Positions 25,895 to 38,455 of a stretch of DNA of 64,000 nt are shown piece after piece. The first letter of the stretch is position 1. Each line of letters starts with the position of its first letter. The stretch is from Tricharina praecox (lineage: Eukaryota): assembly GCF_024521635.1 (NCBI RefSeq), contig NW_026250427.1, positions 496,001 to 560,000 on the forward strand, in the 5' to 3' direction. The position numbers were made by a program, and so were the translations under genes. Under the pieces are notes generated by a model that did not search any database, was not told where the DNA came from, and worked only from the letters and a program-made list of their open reading frames with translations.

Positions 25895-26766
25895 CCGAGG
25901 ATTAGTCCAAGAGACGGTGGATTGGCAATGCAACAAGCATGGAGGTTTCCTTTGTCTGCGGGCCTGCGGCATGCTTGGGACAATGTTTAACGTTAATTCG
26001 GCCCGACTGCCTACCTGTTCATTGTCCTTGCTTGTCATGCCATATTACTGTTAGCCGATCGTATGTACTGCTTCCGCCCAAATATATGCTATGACTTTCG
26101 CTTCACTGGTGTCCGTGTCAGTGGTTCTGCAGCAGCGGGCGCGATGTTCGGACGCGCATGCCCGCCTCTAGTTTTCTGCACAAGATCCCCAGCAAACCAC
26201 TGCATGCAGATCCGGAGGCGACGACGGACGTTCACTGTTCAGGCTATGATATGGAGCTTTGCATGCACCGCGAATTGCTTCGAGTTACACCCTCCCCCAC
26301 CACAGCCGCGGACCAATAATTATCTCGTACATCGCCCACCACCACCCCCACAGCTCCAAAAGAAAACATTGCATATCATCTTCATATAGAGCACTTACTG
26401 ACATCCTTCTTGCCTATCGATCAGCCCATGCGGCCATGCCCCATCACATCAGGCACGCAATCTGGCTGCTCTGGGCATCCAATCAGCCGGCAAACGCAAA
26501 AATCTCTGCGTCACGTGAAATGAGGTGATCTAGTGTGCAGTTCGCAAGCTGCACTCGGGATTCCCCACAATCGCAATATAAACCGCGGAGGACTTGGAGG
26601 GGGGGGGGCATATCTAGCATAGTTGCGTCGGCTGGTCGGAAAGGAAACAAATAGAAACGACTGGTTGGGTGGTTTTCTTCTTCTTCGCTTGCCTTCACTC
26701 AATCTCATCTCTTCATCTTTCTTCTCATCCGATTTTGATCAATTTTTGTCAATTGTTTAAGCAAAG

Positions 26767-27723
26767 ATGTCCTTCGCCAGGTATGTTTTCTTGGCTCACT
26801 TCCCCCCTCCCCCTCCCCGCCATTGAGTGGTCAATCGACCATGACGGAGTGGATGGATGGAATGCATTGGTGCTGAGTTTTCCTTCCCCAACAGTTTCCT
26901 CTCCTCTCCCACCGTCCGGATCGTCCTCCCACCGCCCGCTCACTCGGACTCCGAAGAGCGTCTCTACACCGTGCACCGCAGCGTGCTGAAGGCGCACACA
27001 AACCTGCTCTCCAACACCAAGCCGCGGGAAACACTATGTGTCCTTCCCAACACCACCTCAGCCATCGCCTTCGAGGGCGTCCTTGAGTACCTCTACACGG
27101 GCACCTACAACCTCCCGGATGAGCACGAAGTGCTCGAGACCGTAGAGAACACCAAGCCCTCACCCGTGGTGCAAGCGGCCATGCTCGGCGCCATAGGGGT
27201 CTGGGCCAAGCCCGCCGCAGTCCACGACGACAAATCGCAGCGCAACATCTCCAGCTACTCGAGCACCTTGTTCCCGACGCTGCGGAACGCCTACGACGCG
27301 CCGACCGTGCTAGCCGTGCAGCCGTCGCTGCTGCCGTCGCCGCCGCCCTCGCCCACATTCGCCTCGCACGCCCCGGTCCTCAAGAAGAAGCAGGTAGTGA
27401 TCGTCAAGACGTCGACGCCGGCCAGCCGGCTCTCCGCGCACCTCGACATCTACGCGCTGTCGCGGCGCTACGGAGTCCGCGCCCTCGCCGACATCGCCCT
27501 CCACAATATCAAGACGGAGGTCGTCGCCACGCCGGCGATCCTGCATGAGCTGGTGCGCGTCGTCTATGGCTCCAAGCAGAAGCATGACGACCTGCGCGCG
27601 TTCGTCGTCGGCATCGTGCAGGACCATTGGGAGGCGCTGAAGGGAGAGAATGTCTTCGCCGCGCTGCTGAAGGAGGGCGGTGAGTTCGTTGTTGATGTTT
27701 TCTCGAGAGTGAAGAGCTTCTAA
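26767..27723 (+). CDS. BTB/POZ domain protein
   Basis: MSFAS|FLSSPTVRIV..YTVHRSVL..AFEGVLEYLYTGTY..HLDIYALSRRYGVRALADIA..EGGEFVVD, the fungal BTB pattern. Intron 26781-26894. Confidence 0.85.
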
Positions 27724-28282
27724 GACATCCGGTGGTGGCAAGAGTTGGGAAATGGTGTCGGTGTCGGTGTTGCGCCGGGCGTTGGTTTGGATTATTGCGC
27801 GTTTACTTGGATGGGTTTGGTTTTGGAGGGCGCGGTGGATAAGGATTTGGATATGGACACGGATATGGATATGGATATGGATGCAGAATTCGGTCGGGGT
27901 TTGGAATAGCGACTGAGGGATTGATACCTGGGGTATGGGATGGCTATGAATATGGATATGGACTGTATCGATATCTCGTAGCAAATGTGCAGTTTTTTGA
28001 TTCACACCGTCAGCATGGTTAATTCCCAAAGCGGATATTCTTGCTGAATCACCGTGGCGATGATCTGCAACAGGCCCTGCTAGCTGTCAGCCCGTAACAC
28101 ACGGGCTGATCGATAAGGACCCTCTCTGTAGATAACCGTGCGCGCGGGCGAAATCGCGTCATCCAGCCCACTAGATAGGTAGTAGACACCTCGCACTCCT
28201 CCTCCACCGTACCTGTACACCCACGCGCTACCCCGCGCCGACCAACGCAACCACCGCCACCACGAATACCAGAAGCATAAAC

Positions 28283-29626
28283 ATGTCAGCCCTCGGCGAG
28301 GGCAGCAGCAGCCGCAGTAGTAGTCACGATCGTCCCCCACCGCTCGCAGATACCCGTCGGCCGCGAAGATGGAGCCTTAGTAAGTACGCCTCCACCACCG
28401 CCGCGCTCTCGAAGAGGATTTCCGCTAACGGAAGTTGACAGTCCCCACCGGCTCCGCCGCAAGAAGGCGCTTCGGAATGCTCCTGCTCGGCCTCGTGGTG
28501 TTCCTGTGGGTGTCGAGTAACTTCTTGACTTATGTGCGTTTCCCTCAATACGGCGGGGTGCCGGGTGCCGGGTGCTGAGTGAGAAGGCTGATCGTGTGCA
28601 CAGGCAATATTTTCGGACGATACTTACTCAAAGCCGTATTTCGTCACATACCTGAACACGTCCATGTTCTGTTTGTATCTCATCCCGTCCGGGGTACGGT
28701 GGTATCGGGCGAGGCGGCGGGGAGGCGGAGAGGTGCAGGCGGGTGTGAGGGAAGCGCTGCTTGCTGCGGAGGACAGGGAGGAGGAGGGGGAGGAGGGTGC
28801 TGGGAGAGCCGGGAAGCCCGCCGTCGTGGAGGGCAGGCTGAATACCCGGGAGACGATGCAGCTCAGCGCCGAGTTCTGTCTCGTCTGGTTCTTCGTCTGT
28901 CGCCCGTTCTCCTTGTGTGTGTCGGGGACGCACAGCTAACGGTCCCAGGCAAACTACTTCAACTCCTACTGCCTGAAATTCACCTCCGTCCCCTCAGCAA
29001 CGATCCTCTCCAGTACCTCGGCGATGTTCACGCTCCTCCTCGGCAGCCTCCTGCAGATCGAGCGCTTCACGCCGACCAAGCTCGTCAGCGTCATCGTCTC
29101 CCTCGTCGGCATCAGCCTGATCGCCACAACCGACCTGATCCCCACCTCCAACACGACCACGCAGCGCTCCACACTCGAAATTTTCCTTGGCGACTTCATG
29201 GCGCTCCTCTCCGCTTTGGCGTACGCGACGTACATCACGCTCCTCAAAGCGCGCGTCGGACACGAGTCCCGCATCGACATGCAGCAATTCTTCGGTTTCG
29301 TGGGGCTGATCAACGTGCTATTCCTGTGGCCGGGGCTCGTTCTCTTCCACTACCTTGGCGGGGAGCCATTCTCGCTGCCGCCGCATGGCCGCGTCTGGGC
29401 TATCGTCCTCGTCAACGCCACTATCACCCTGGTCTCGGATTATTGCTGGGCCTATGCTATGCTGCTCACGTCCCCGCTGCTGGTTACCGTGGGTCTGAGT
29501 CTCACGATCCCGCTGGCACTGCTGGGACAGATGCTGCTAATGGGCACGGTCGCGGGGGTCTGGTATTGGGCGGGCGCCGCGTGCGTGTTTGTCGCTTTTT
29601 GGATGCTGAATCGTGAGCAAGATTAG
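28283..29626 (+). CDS. Drug/metabolite transporter (EamA; SLC35F / yeast YML018C-THI74-like)
   Basis: Spliced RRFGMLLLGLVVFLWVSSNFLTY|AIFSDDTYSKPYFVTYLNTS..ETMQLSAEFCLVWF..FFGFVGLIN..SDYCWAYAMLLTSPLLVTVGLSLTIPLA; three introns. Confidence 0.88.
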
Positions 29627-32600
29627 GGGGGAGGGAGGGGGGATACCAGGGTTTGGGGTTTGCTTATGTTTGTTTATGTAGTAGAGCGGCGAATGGATGA
29701 GGCGATGATTTATGGAACAGGCTGGGATTTATGCGTGCTCGTGATGGTGTCTGCCTGAGAAGTTGGAATATTGCTTCGTGAAGAAGGCTGGTGGATGTAA
29801 TGTTGAGAACTCCAAACTCTCGACACTTGAAGAAACGTACTTGTGTCGTTGTATTAGTTCCCATACTCATATGACTATCATCTGCTTCTTCATCGATTGC
29901 ATGCCGGAGCCCCACAGTCTACAGCTAGCCAGATAGCAATATAACACTGGTACGCAACAATTTCGCCGTATTCACCGCCATCCACCGCCGAGCATATCGG
30001 AGGATGGCGAGTGACCACGCATGCGTCAGTTGATCACGCGATATCACGTCGCTCTGCCTTCCTTCTCGGCCCATCCTTCTCGGCCGAACGAACGGAAGAA
30101 CGAGCGGCAGAACCGGGTTCGCGGATGTCCGCGGATGCCCACGGATGCCCGCCGGGGTGAATTGCGGCGTATACATGCCAGATACATACATTAGGTATGA
30201 TGAAGGTACCTCACGAGTCCGCGCTCGAGCCCGCCCCCCCGCCGCCCGCCCCCAGTTCGCTGCGACTCGACTCGGCCCGGCCCGGCTCGGAAGGCACCAA
30301 CTCATTGACTCACCGTGTACTGGTACATACAATACGATGTACACCTACGCTACTCTGGTCTACACTACACACGCACGTATGGTACATCGTAGGGTACGCA
30401 CATGACGCTTGACCACGGATCGCGATCGGCCCGAGTTCCTCGATGTCTTCTCCTCCCTCCCTCCCCCCCCCTCCCCCCCCAGCCTCGTCTCCTAGTTGCG
30501 GGGCGGGGGTCTGCTCGCCGCAGAGCGAGCCAGCCGCGCGCGGATAGGTGGCGTCGGATTCGATCCGCACTGGCTGTTGCTAAAAATACGCGGTGCTACC
30601 TATAAGTTGTAACCTAAGGCTACCACTAACTACAGTGTACACCAGCTAGGTACCAGTAACACCACCCACCCACCCAGATCACAGATCACAGATCAACGGG
30701 ACTCTGGGTGGGTATATGATCGGCTCGGTATTGGATGGTAGGGAGTATGTAGGGAGTGTGTATACAGTGGGGGGTGGGGGTTGTTTTGCGTTCGTTTCTT
30801 TGTTTACATATCATATCTGATTCATATGTGCTTTGGGATTCGGGGTTGGGGGTTTCGCGGGATGACTGGACGGGCCACGGGCATGAGTGATTTGATTCGG
30901 CCGTCGGGCCATCGCCGCCATCAAAAACATCGAAGCCATCGAAATATCGAAACCGTGGAGCCATCGAAACCATCGGCATCGAAACCATCAGCCATCAGCC
31001 ATCGAAGCCAATGGCCACAGGTAGAGTAGGCAGCACGGGAGTCGGTGATCAGTCGCCTGAGGCATCAGGCTCACGGTACACATACCTACGGTACGGGTCG
31101 GTGAGCGATTTTGCACCCCCATCCCATCCCTTCTTGTGCGCCGGAAGGAGCCATAGGGATTCTAAGTACAGTGCGTTTCGACATGAGTCAGCTCCAGCTT
31201 CCAGCTCCAGCCTTGCTTGAAAAAGAAAGAGATCTTCCTGTTTTATTTCGCATGCAGCCTATCTAGACTATGGCGAATCAGCCTTGCTGGACTGGACTGG
31301 AGGGGAGACGGTGGCGGTGACGGACGGTGGCGGTGACATCTCATGTTTCGGCCGTCGGTTCGGTAACTAACTGCTCTATGTATGGCATGGTAGGGAAGTG
31401 GGCAGAGCAGAACAAGGGAGGTTAGGCAACTTGGGCAGCATGGACAACTTGGGCGACTTGGGCGGGGTTGACCGTTGGGCGCTTGTAAATTGTAGGTTGC
31501 GGGTTGTGCAGCGCATGGGGTAAGTACAGCCCTTAGTTCCAACTTTCGGCTGCTATGTATGCTGTGTATATTTATGCGATGTGTGCGATGTGGCTTGACG
31601 ATTCAGGATTCAGCATTCAGGAATGGGGGTGAGGGAGGCGTTTCTTTGTTTATACCCCGAGGAGGAGCCTGGTGCCTGGAGAAGGAGGTGGGCGAGGGTG
31701 AGCACGGAATGAGGATTCCTCGTCGGCTTTACATAACTACAGAACTAACGGTAGAGGGCCTAGATAAACAAGGCGGCCAATCCCGCGCCCCAGCGTCCCG
31801 CCGAGTTTCAACATTCACGGAGTGGCTGGCTGGCTATGTGGCTGGTTGGAAGAATGGCCGGGGTACCAGTACCAGTACTCTACATACATCCATTGGGGGA
31901 TTGGTCGGCCGGATCATGATGATGATGATGATGCTGCTGATGATGATGGATGATGGATGATGCGAGGTGATGTGTCTTCTCCTCTTTCCTCTCCTGTCCT
32001 CTCTCCTGTCCTCTCCTCTTCTCTCCTCTTGAATGTTCTCCAGGTTGGGCGAGGTTGGGCGAGCGATGAGGGACAGCACAACAGCACAGCAACAGCGCGA
32101 TGGGTTGGGTGATCGATTGCAAGTCGCAAGTCGCAAGTGCAAACGACACTTTCATCACTTTCATCATTTTTATCAGTTGTCCACCGCTCTTTTCGATGCG
32201 CGGCGAGGCGAGGGGGAGGGGGAGGGGGAGGGGAAGATGGTGAAGTGGGGAGGCGCGCGCGGGGGGGAACTGGCGATCTCCACCCGCGCCGCCGCGCCCC
32301 GCCTTGCAGATGGGTACGGTGGGATGTTCCCTGTCTTGGTTCTTGGTTCTTGGTACATACACGGAAAGGGCATTTGCAAACGGAGGAGCCGAGCCGAGTT
32401 TTTTGCTTGAGGAAGGCAGGAAATATGTAGATATTGTTTGCGGCGATGAGCATGCCAGGCTTTGAGTCTGAGTATGAGTCTCATCATTCATGGGTTTGCA
32501 ACGCTGCTGCTGATGCTGGTGCTGATGCCGATGACGATGCTGCCGCCGCTGATACATAGAGTACCTACTGCTGATGCTCCCTGCAATAACGCATGTTAAC

Positions 32601-35600
32601 GACATGAAGACCAGTAGATTGCACACATGCGTCGAGGCATGTACAGTACATAGAGTACTTTGTAAAACTTTGTACAGCCTTTGCCTCGAGTTCGACAAAG
32701 CGTCTTTAATACAGTACGGTAAGTAATGGCTGGGGAATGTTCGCCTTGCTCTGCTCACGTTAGAGTGGAGTAGGTAGGTTACCTACGCCCCCCACGTACT
32801 TCACATAACGAATGGATAAACAAATTACAAGTCAATTCCAATGGTCCATTCTCAAGCCAGCCAGCCAATCGGCGGCAGTGAAAGAAAGATGTTTGATACG
32901 CTCCCCCACCCCGGCCCCAAACCATGGAAAAAATGTAAACAAATTTGATCCTCGTTCCTCTGGGATGCGGCTGATTGTCTAATAAACGGTCATCACTCGC
33001 TGATTGAACGAACCACCAGCCACACAAAAATCAAAACATCCAATCCTCAGCCGGCCAATTTTCTAGTACCGGTATTGTCCCAGCAGGCTGCAGAAACCTC
33101 AGCGCTGAGCGACGACCCGTGGGCCGTCCTTACCAAAAATAAATCAAACGGAATCTTTAATCAACAGGAGCCTGGAGGTAGATATTAAAAGCTTCAGGGT
33201 ATGTACTATGTATGGCCCATGGGGGCATTAAAGTGGCTAATGGGGGTTCAAGTTGCCGACCCAGACGGCCGGGAAAGTGGGTGGCTGATACGGCTGTGGC
33301 GCTACTACACCGCTACTATACCGCTACTATACCGCTACATACGGGATGACTTCAAACAGTGTCCAGATGCAAGAATACTTACTATGAACTGTGAAACCGG
33401 AATACCGGAATATGCCCATGGCTTGGTAGAGTAGGTATTCGGCCAGTTCCCGTATCTGACTCCCGAGGTGTGGGTATAACCCCGAGGCGGGCCGGCAGCA
33501 CGCTCTGACAGTGTGGCTTGCCTTCGTTGATGGTATGCATAAAACCTCAGAGTCTCAGACGGCAAACTTCAGGTATGTATCCAATGCCTCCGGACTCCTG
33601 GCAACGCTTGATTCAATCCTACTGGTAGCCGCAAGTGGGTGCATTCCCACTGTATATTAGGTAGTTTCCCGCTTGCATGACTGCCGTTAAAGTACATAAG
33701 GTACTTCTCCAGTACATAGCCGCTCGAGTAACGCTCGAGTAACCGCTCGAGTACCTAACCGCGAGGATACCGGTACCGGCACCGGTACTGTCATTGAACA
33801 CTGCATGCCAATTTCTTTTCCTCGACGCGCGGGAAATGACTTTGTTGAGTCTTGGCTCCATCGACAAGTCCGCTGATTCCAAATTCCAACGATGTCTTCT
33901 TGAGTCCGAGTAACAAATCCTCGTCCACCTGCCAGCCGAATAACCATGGTGGTGGAGAATTAGATACCGGTATGACACGACCGGGGCTCAGGCAGACGTG
34001 AAACGCCTCTGTCACGTCACAGGAAAGATATGTAACTGAGTGGACTCACCTTACCGCAACGTCGAAGTCGTTGTCACGTGGACTCGTGAGCGGCTAAGCC
34101 CCAAGCCGAGCCGAGCGCCACAGTTGGATGGAGCCTGGAGCGACTGCGAGACAAAGGCTGAATGCTGACGTTGGTTACGTTGGTTACGTTGGTTGAAAAC
34201 AAAAACAACATTGCTCGAGCTCACTCCGAAGTTCGAGCTTCTTGCTTGCTTGCTTGCTCGCGCGCACCATATAACCTAATACCGGTATGTATGGTAGGCT
34301 ACCTGGACTCGTGAGTCGTTCTCGATAACCCTCCAGTGTCCACTTCCCAGCACTGCCCACCAAAGCAAGTCTTTAACCCTGCTATGTATAGTACTCTATT
34401 CACATAGGTAGTCGTATGCATACCATAAGTAAGAAGTCTCCACCAGTGAGAAGGTTGATATCCGAACAGTGAGCCTGTGTTCGCCGGCGAAAGGCTGGGA
34501 AAGGCCGCGAAACATGAACGATGTGAGGATCCGGTAACCCCAGCAACTGTATAGTAAAGGAAGCTGGGTTCTCCCTCCCTCCCTCATTAATAGAGTACTG
34601 AGTACTGAGTACCGAGAACTGGGGGCTTTACCCCCACCTCAGCGCTCCAGTTGGAACTTGGTTGTTGAACCTTCCTTCCTTCCTTCCCTCCTTCCTTCCG
34701 TACTATGCATGGGCAAGTACTGCCCTGACATGACCTGGCTGGGGCTAAAATGTATGTGTCATCGGGGAGAGTCGAGACGCTGTCCACTGTCCAGATATTT
34801 TTGCATCGGCTTCCGCCGGGTTCGAACTTTGAAAGGTACTTCAAGGTACTCCAAGGTAAGCATAACCTATGCTTACCTACATACTTCCCTCGCGAGTCGT
34901 AATTCTTGTCCCCGGAGTTTCCAGAGTTCCGTGCGTGCGTGCGTGAATCTGTCGCGGCCTATGCTATGCTACCTATGCTACCGTAGGTGCTAACCTCATG
35001 GATGACAACGGAGCCTCTTGGTTGCGTTTGCGAGTGATATCTAAGGCCCGCTGAATCGGCCTGCGGATCGGCCTGTGGATTGGGCCTTTGGATAAGAGAA
35101 GAGAAGCGGCGAGCGGTTGCGCCGGAGCTCCACGCAATGGATCCGAAGTGAAGTGCTTGCCAGTGGAGAGGAGAGAAGACAACGTCTTGAAGCAGCCGGA
35201 GTAATTGCTGCTGGGACAAACTTATTTGCCGCCATGATGAGGAGGTGGTTCTCGTGGATTCCGAGAGGAGGTCTTCAAGATTCTACTGTACATATAGTCA
35301 GTTACAATTATAGGTAATGCAACGTCAAACAGATTCACCTTGAGGCTTGCCGTCGTCCGGTGCTAACAAGTAGGCTCTGTGTACTCGCGTACTCCCGTTT
35401 GTCGCTATAGTAGTCCGTGGTGTCTCCAATTTCCATCGATCGGACGGTGGGGCTGTGAGGCCGTGGAGCTGTGGGCTGCAGTGTGTACGCAACGAAGTCT
35501 GTCTTTCACATACCTCATATATAGCTCCATCTCACAAGCCTATGCAGAAGCTAGGTGACCTTCAAGCCGACAAGCCGCCAAGTCTTCCCCACGTGCAACA

Positions 35601-38455
35601 GTGCAATCGTCCGCTCACGCCAACTCACGCCAACGGGCGTCGAGAAGGTCCGAGCCTCTCCACTTCTACCCTACTTTAGTCTCCGTGTGCGAAAGCCACA
35701 CCAAGCCAGCCCTGAGCCGATCGGTACTCTACTCCCTTATCCCAGCGGAGTAGCAATGTTCGATATCGCCAAAAGCGCCGCTGAACAATCGAACAAATAA
35801 AAAGAAACTCCATACTGTATATCCGGAGTATGCTCTAATCTCCGGGAATTTATCTGAGCGTCTGCATACTCTACATCCATAAGTACATAAGCCGAAAGCC
35901 GACCGACCATTGCTGATTTCTAGCCAGCGAGCCGAGGGCTGAGTCAGACCGATCCGTATCCGTTTCTTGCTCGTATTGTTCTCTGGGTGGAGATGCCTGA
36001 TGGACGGCTGAGGGATTCGAGAGTCGAGATATTACATACACAGGAGGGTATTGCTTCGATACGAAGGGATAGGATAGGTAGAGTGGCTGGCGATATGTAG
36101 ATGCGGGGCAGGCGGGGGAGTCACGGAGCATGCATGTATGATGTACATAGAGCATGAATCATAATATCCAAACGGCTCGGGGGAGACCTTCGGAATGCGC
36201 GGTACAGTGTATATAGGTAGACACATATAGTAGATGAAGGCTGGCAGTTGGCTTTGTCTTGTCTTGTCTTGTCTAGAACTCGCACGGCGATACTCGATAT
36301 TGCGAGGGATGAGGTCGTTGGGTCGGGGGATATCGACATCTCGAGATACGAAGTATGTATTGTACTCTATGTACTCTATGTACACACTGGCCGGTGACCT
36401 GCGGCGGGCAATCTACTACGGTACATACTGCTATATAACTGGCACGGAGGGAGGACGGCCTGGACGGGGCCGAGTCTTTAGACCTATGGTTCGAACACGC
36501 GCAGAGACACTCGGCCGCCAGAGGCAGGAAGAAACGAAGGAGGAGAGGAGGAGCAGAGGAGGAGGAGGGGCTCCGGCCGTCTACGCCCATTTAGACGCTT
36601 GCAGCCGTGTGCCGAAGAAGCGGTCCCACCGTCCCACCGACCCAGCAGAGCGAGCACGAATAGCAATTCGACCTCCTCCATTCTGCCCGACCCCACAGCC
36701 TCCCTCCTCCCTCTCCGTCCGCCAACCGCCGATTCGAACACCGGCAGAACCACGCTGCTGCTGCCTGCGCAGCAGTAACAACAACAACCCAAGTAAGCTG
36801 GCTTTGCGACTCTTCGTAACTGACCTGGCCTGACCTGGCTGGCTTGGCTGCTTGGCTGAGTGTCCGTCGTCTGGTGTCGTCGTTGCGCCTCTTTGCCCCC
36901 CCTCCTCCAAAACCGCCCACAAGCCCCCCGTAGTTACCATCCCACACCGTACCACACGCAAACCCTTCCCGTCGCAGAGTCCGGAAAGTGTCCGCCGCCT
37001 GCCGCCTGCCCGATTCCCGGCCTCGCTGGAAGAAGTAGATATAGCCTAGAAGCAGAAATAGAAGTAGATGTAGAAGTGCGACCAGAAGCTGAAGCTGAAG
37101 CCGAAGCAGAAGCACACGCAGACCCAGAACGAGATCACCAAGCCGGATCACTCTCGTACTCTCGTAAATACTCAACTATCTCCACATCCTTCCTGATCTC
37201 CGCCCTTCTCCGCTTCCCCCTCCGTCTGGAGACTCTTCTGCTCCCACTTGACTGTCCTTCCTCCCTCACCGACTTCCTCCTCTTTCTCCGCCTCTCCGCC
37301 CGCTTCGACCCCACTACTTCTGCTCCCACTACATACCCGCCCTAGCCAACCACAGCAGTAACAACAACACACCTTGCTCCTACGTAGTTCTCCCGACACA
37401 ACCCTCCCTCAACCCACCGCCAGCTAACAGCAACCTCCACCCCCCCCCCCCCCCCCCCCCTAGTAAGTCGACTCTACCGAGAACCACGTCCTCTAACTCC
37501 CCTTTTCTATTCACTCGACTCTACTCTGCTCTACTCAACTCTCCTTCCCACCCCTCCCCCCTCCCACTCCCTCCCTCCTCCTCCTCCAACCCTCAACTAC
37601 TACACTACCACTCCTACCCTTCCCTCGGATCGGTTACGAACGCCTCATCTCATCATTTCTCCGTCAACCCACACAGATCCTCCTTCGCGAGCAAAAAAAA
37701 ACCCCTCCCGCCACCTCCCTCGGTCGCGTTTCTCCGACCCTCTACCGTGCTCCGTCCGCGCCATTATTCTCTCCCTTCACCACCGTTGGGTTTAGCTCCT
37801 CGCACACCACGCACACACATACAAACACCCACAGCGATCGACACGATCGAATTCCGGATCTCAACAACATCCGGTACGTCAACCAAGATTTTATCCTCCC
37901 TTCGCGCATTTCCCCTCCCGTCCCTTCCTCTCCTATTGCGAGCGAGGGGCTGCGGGATAGAGGGACGGAGATACAGGAGCTCCGTCCCCGCTGTGGCTTT
38001 GTCGCCCGTGAAGCACCGCTGTCTTCGACACATGTCAAGACGGGGACGACACGGAGTCAGAGGGTCACAGGCGGGAGGAGGTGCGAGGGGGCTGAAGCAA
38101 GCCTTCTGCCGAGTGCGTGTACTACGTGCTGCGGCCCTGTTCGTCAGGCATCCGAGAATTGGCACCTCCCATCGCCAGGCATCCTCCACACCTGATCCTT
38201 CTCCTGTTCCTCATCTTCGTCTTCCTTCTCCCTACCCCCCAGCGCCCGTGAACACAAACTCTGACCCGCAAGCGAGCTTTGATACCCCATCACACGCTTG
38301 TTCTCGGTTTCGGTTTCCCAACCTTTTTCTCTCGTGCTTGCCTCTCTTTCAAGAACATAACCACTTCTCAACGAGCTCGAGAACACAGAAGCTGATCCCG
38401 ACCGTGCCCATTAGTTTGAGGCTACAGCAGTAACTACCACAACACAACCGCAGAC

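Noticed and set aside
28534..28603. GGGTGC..TGAGA in an intron of the THI74-like transporter, suggesting a TPP riboswitch
   Set aside because: Intron is only about 70 nt and lacks the P4/P5 core (CUGAU..UAAU..CG.AGG)
34815..34830. GGTTCGAA T-loop-like motif suggesting a tRNA
   Set aside because: No cloverleaf stems or A-box at the required spacing; same for similar hits near 36488 and 61872
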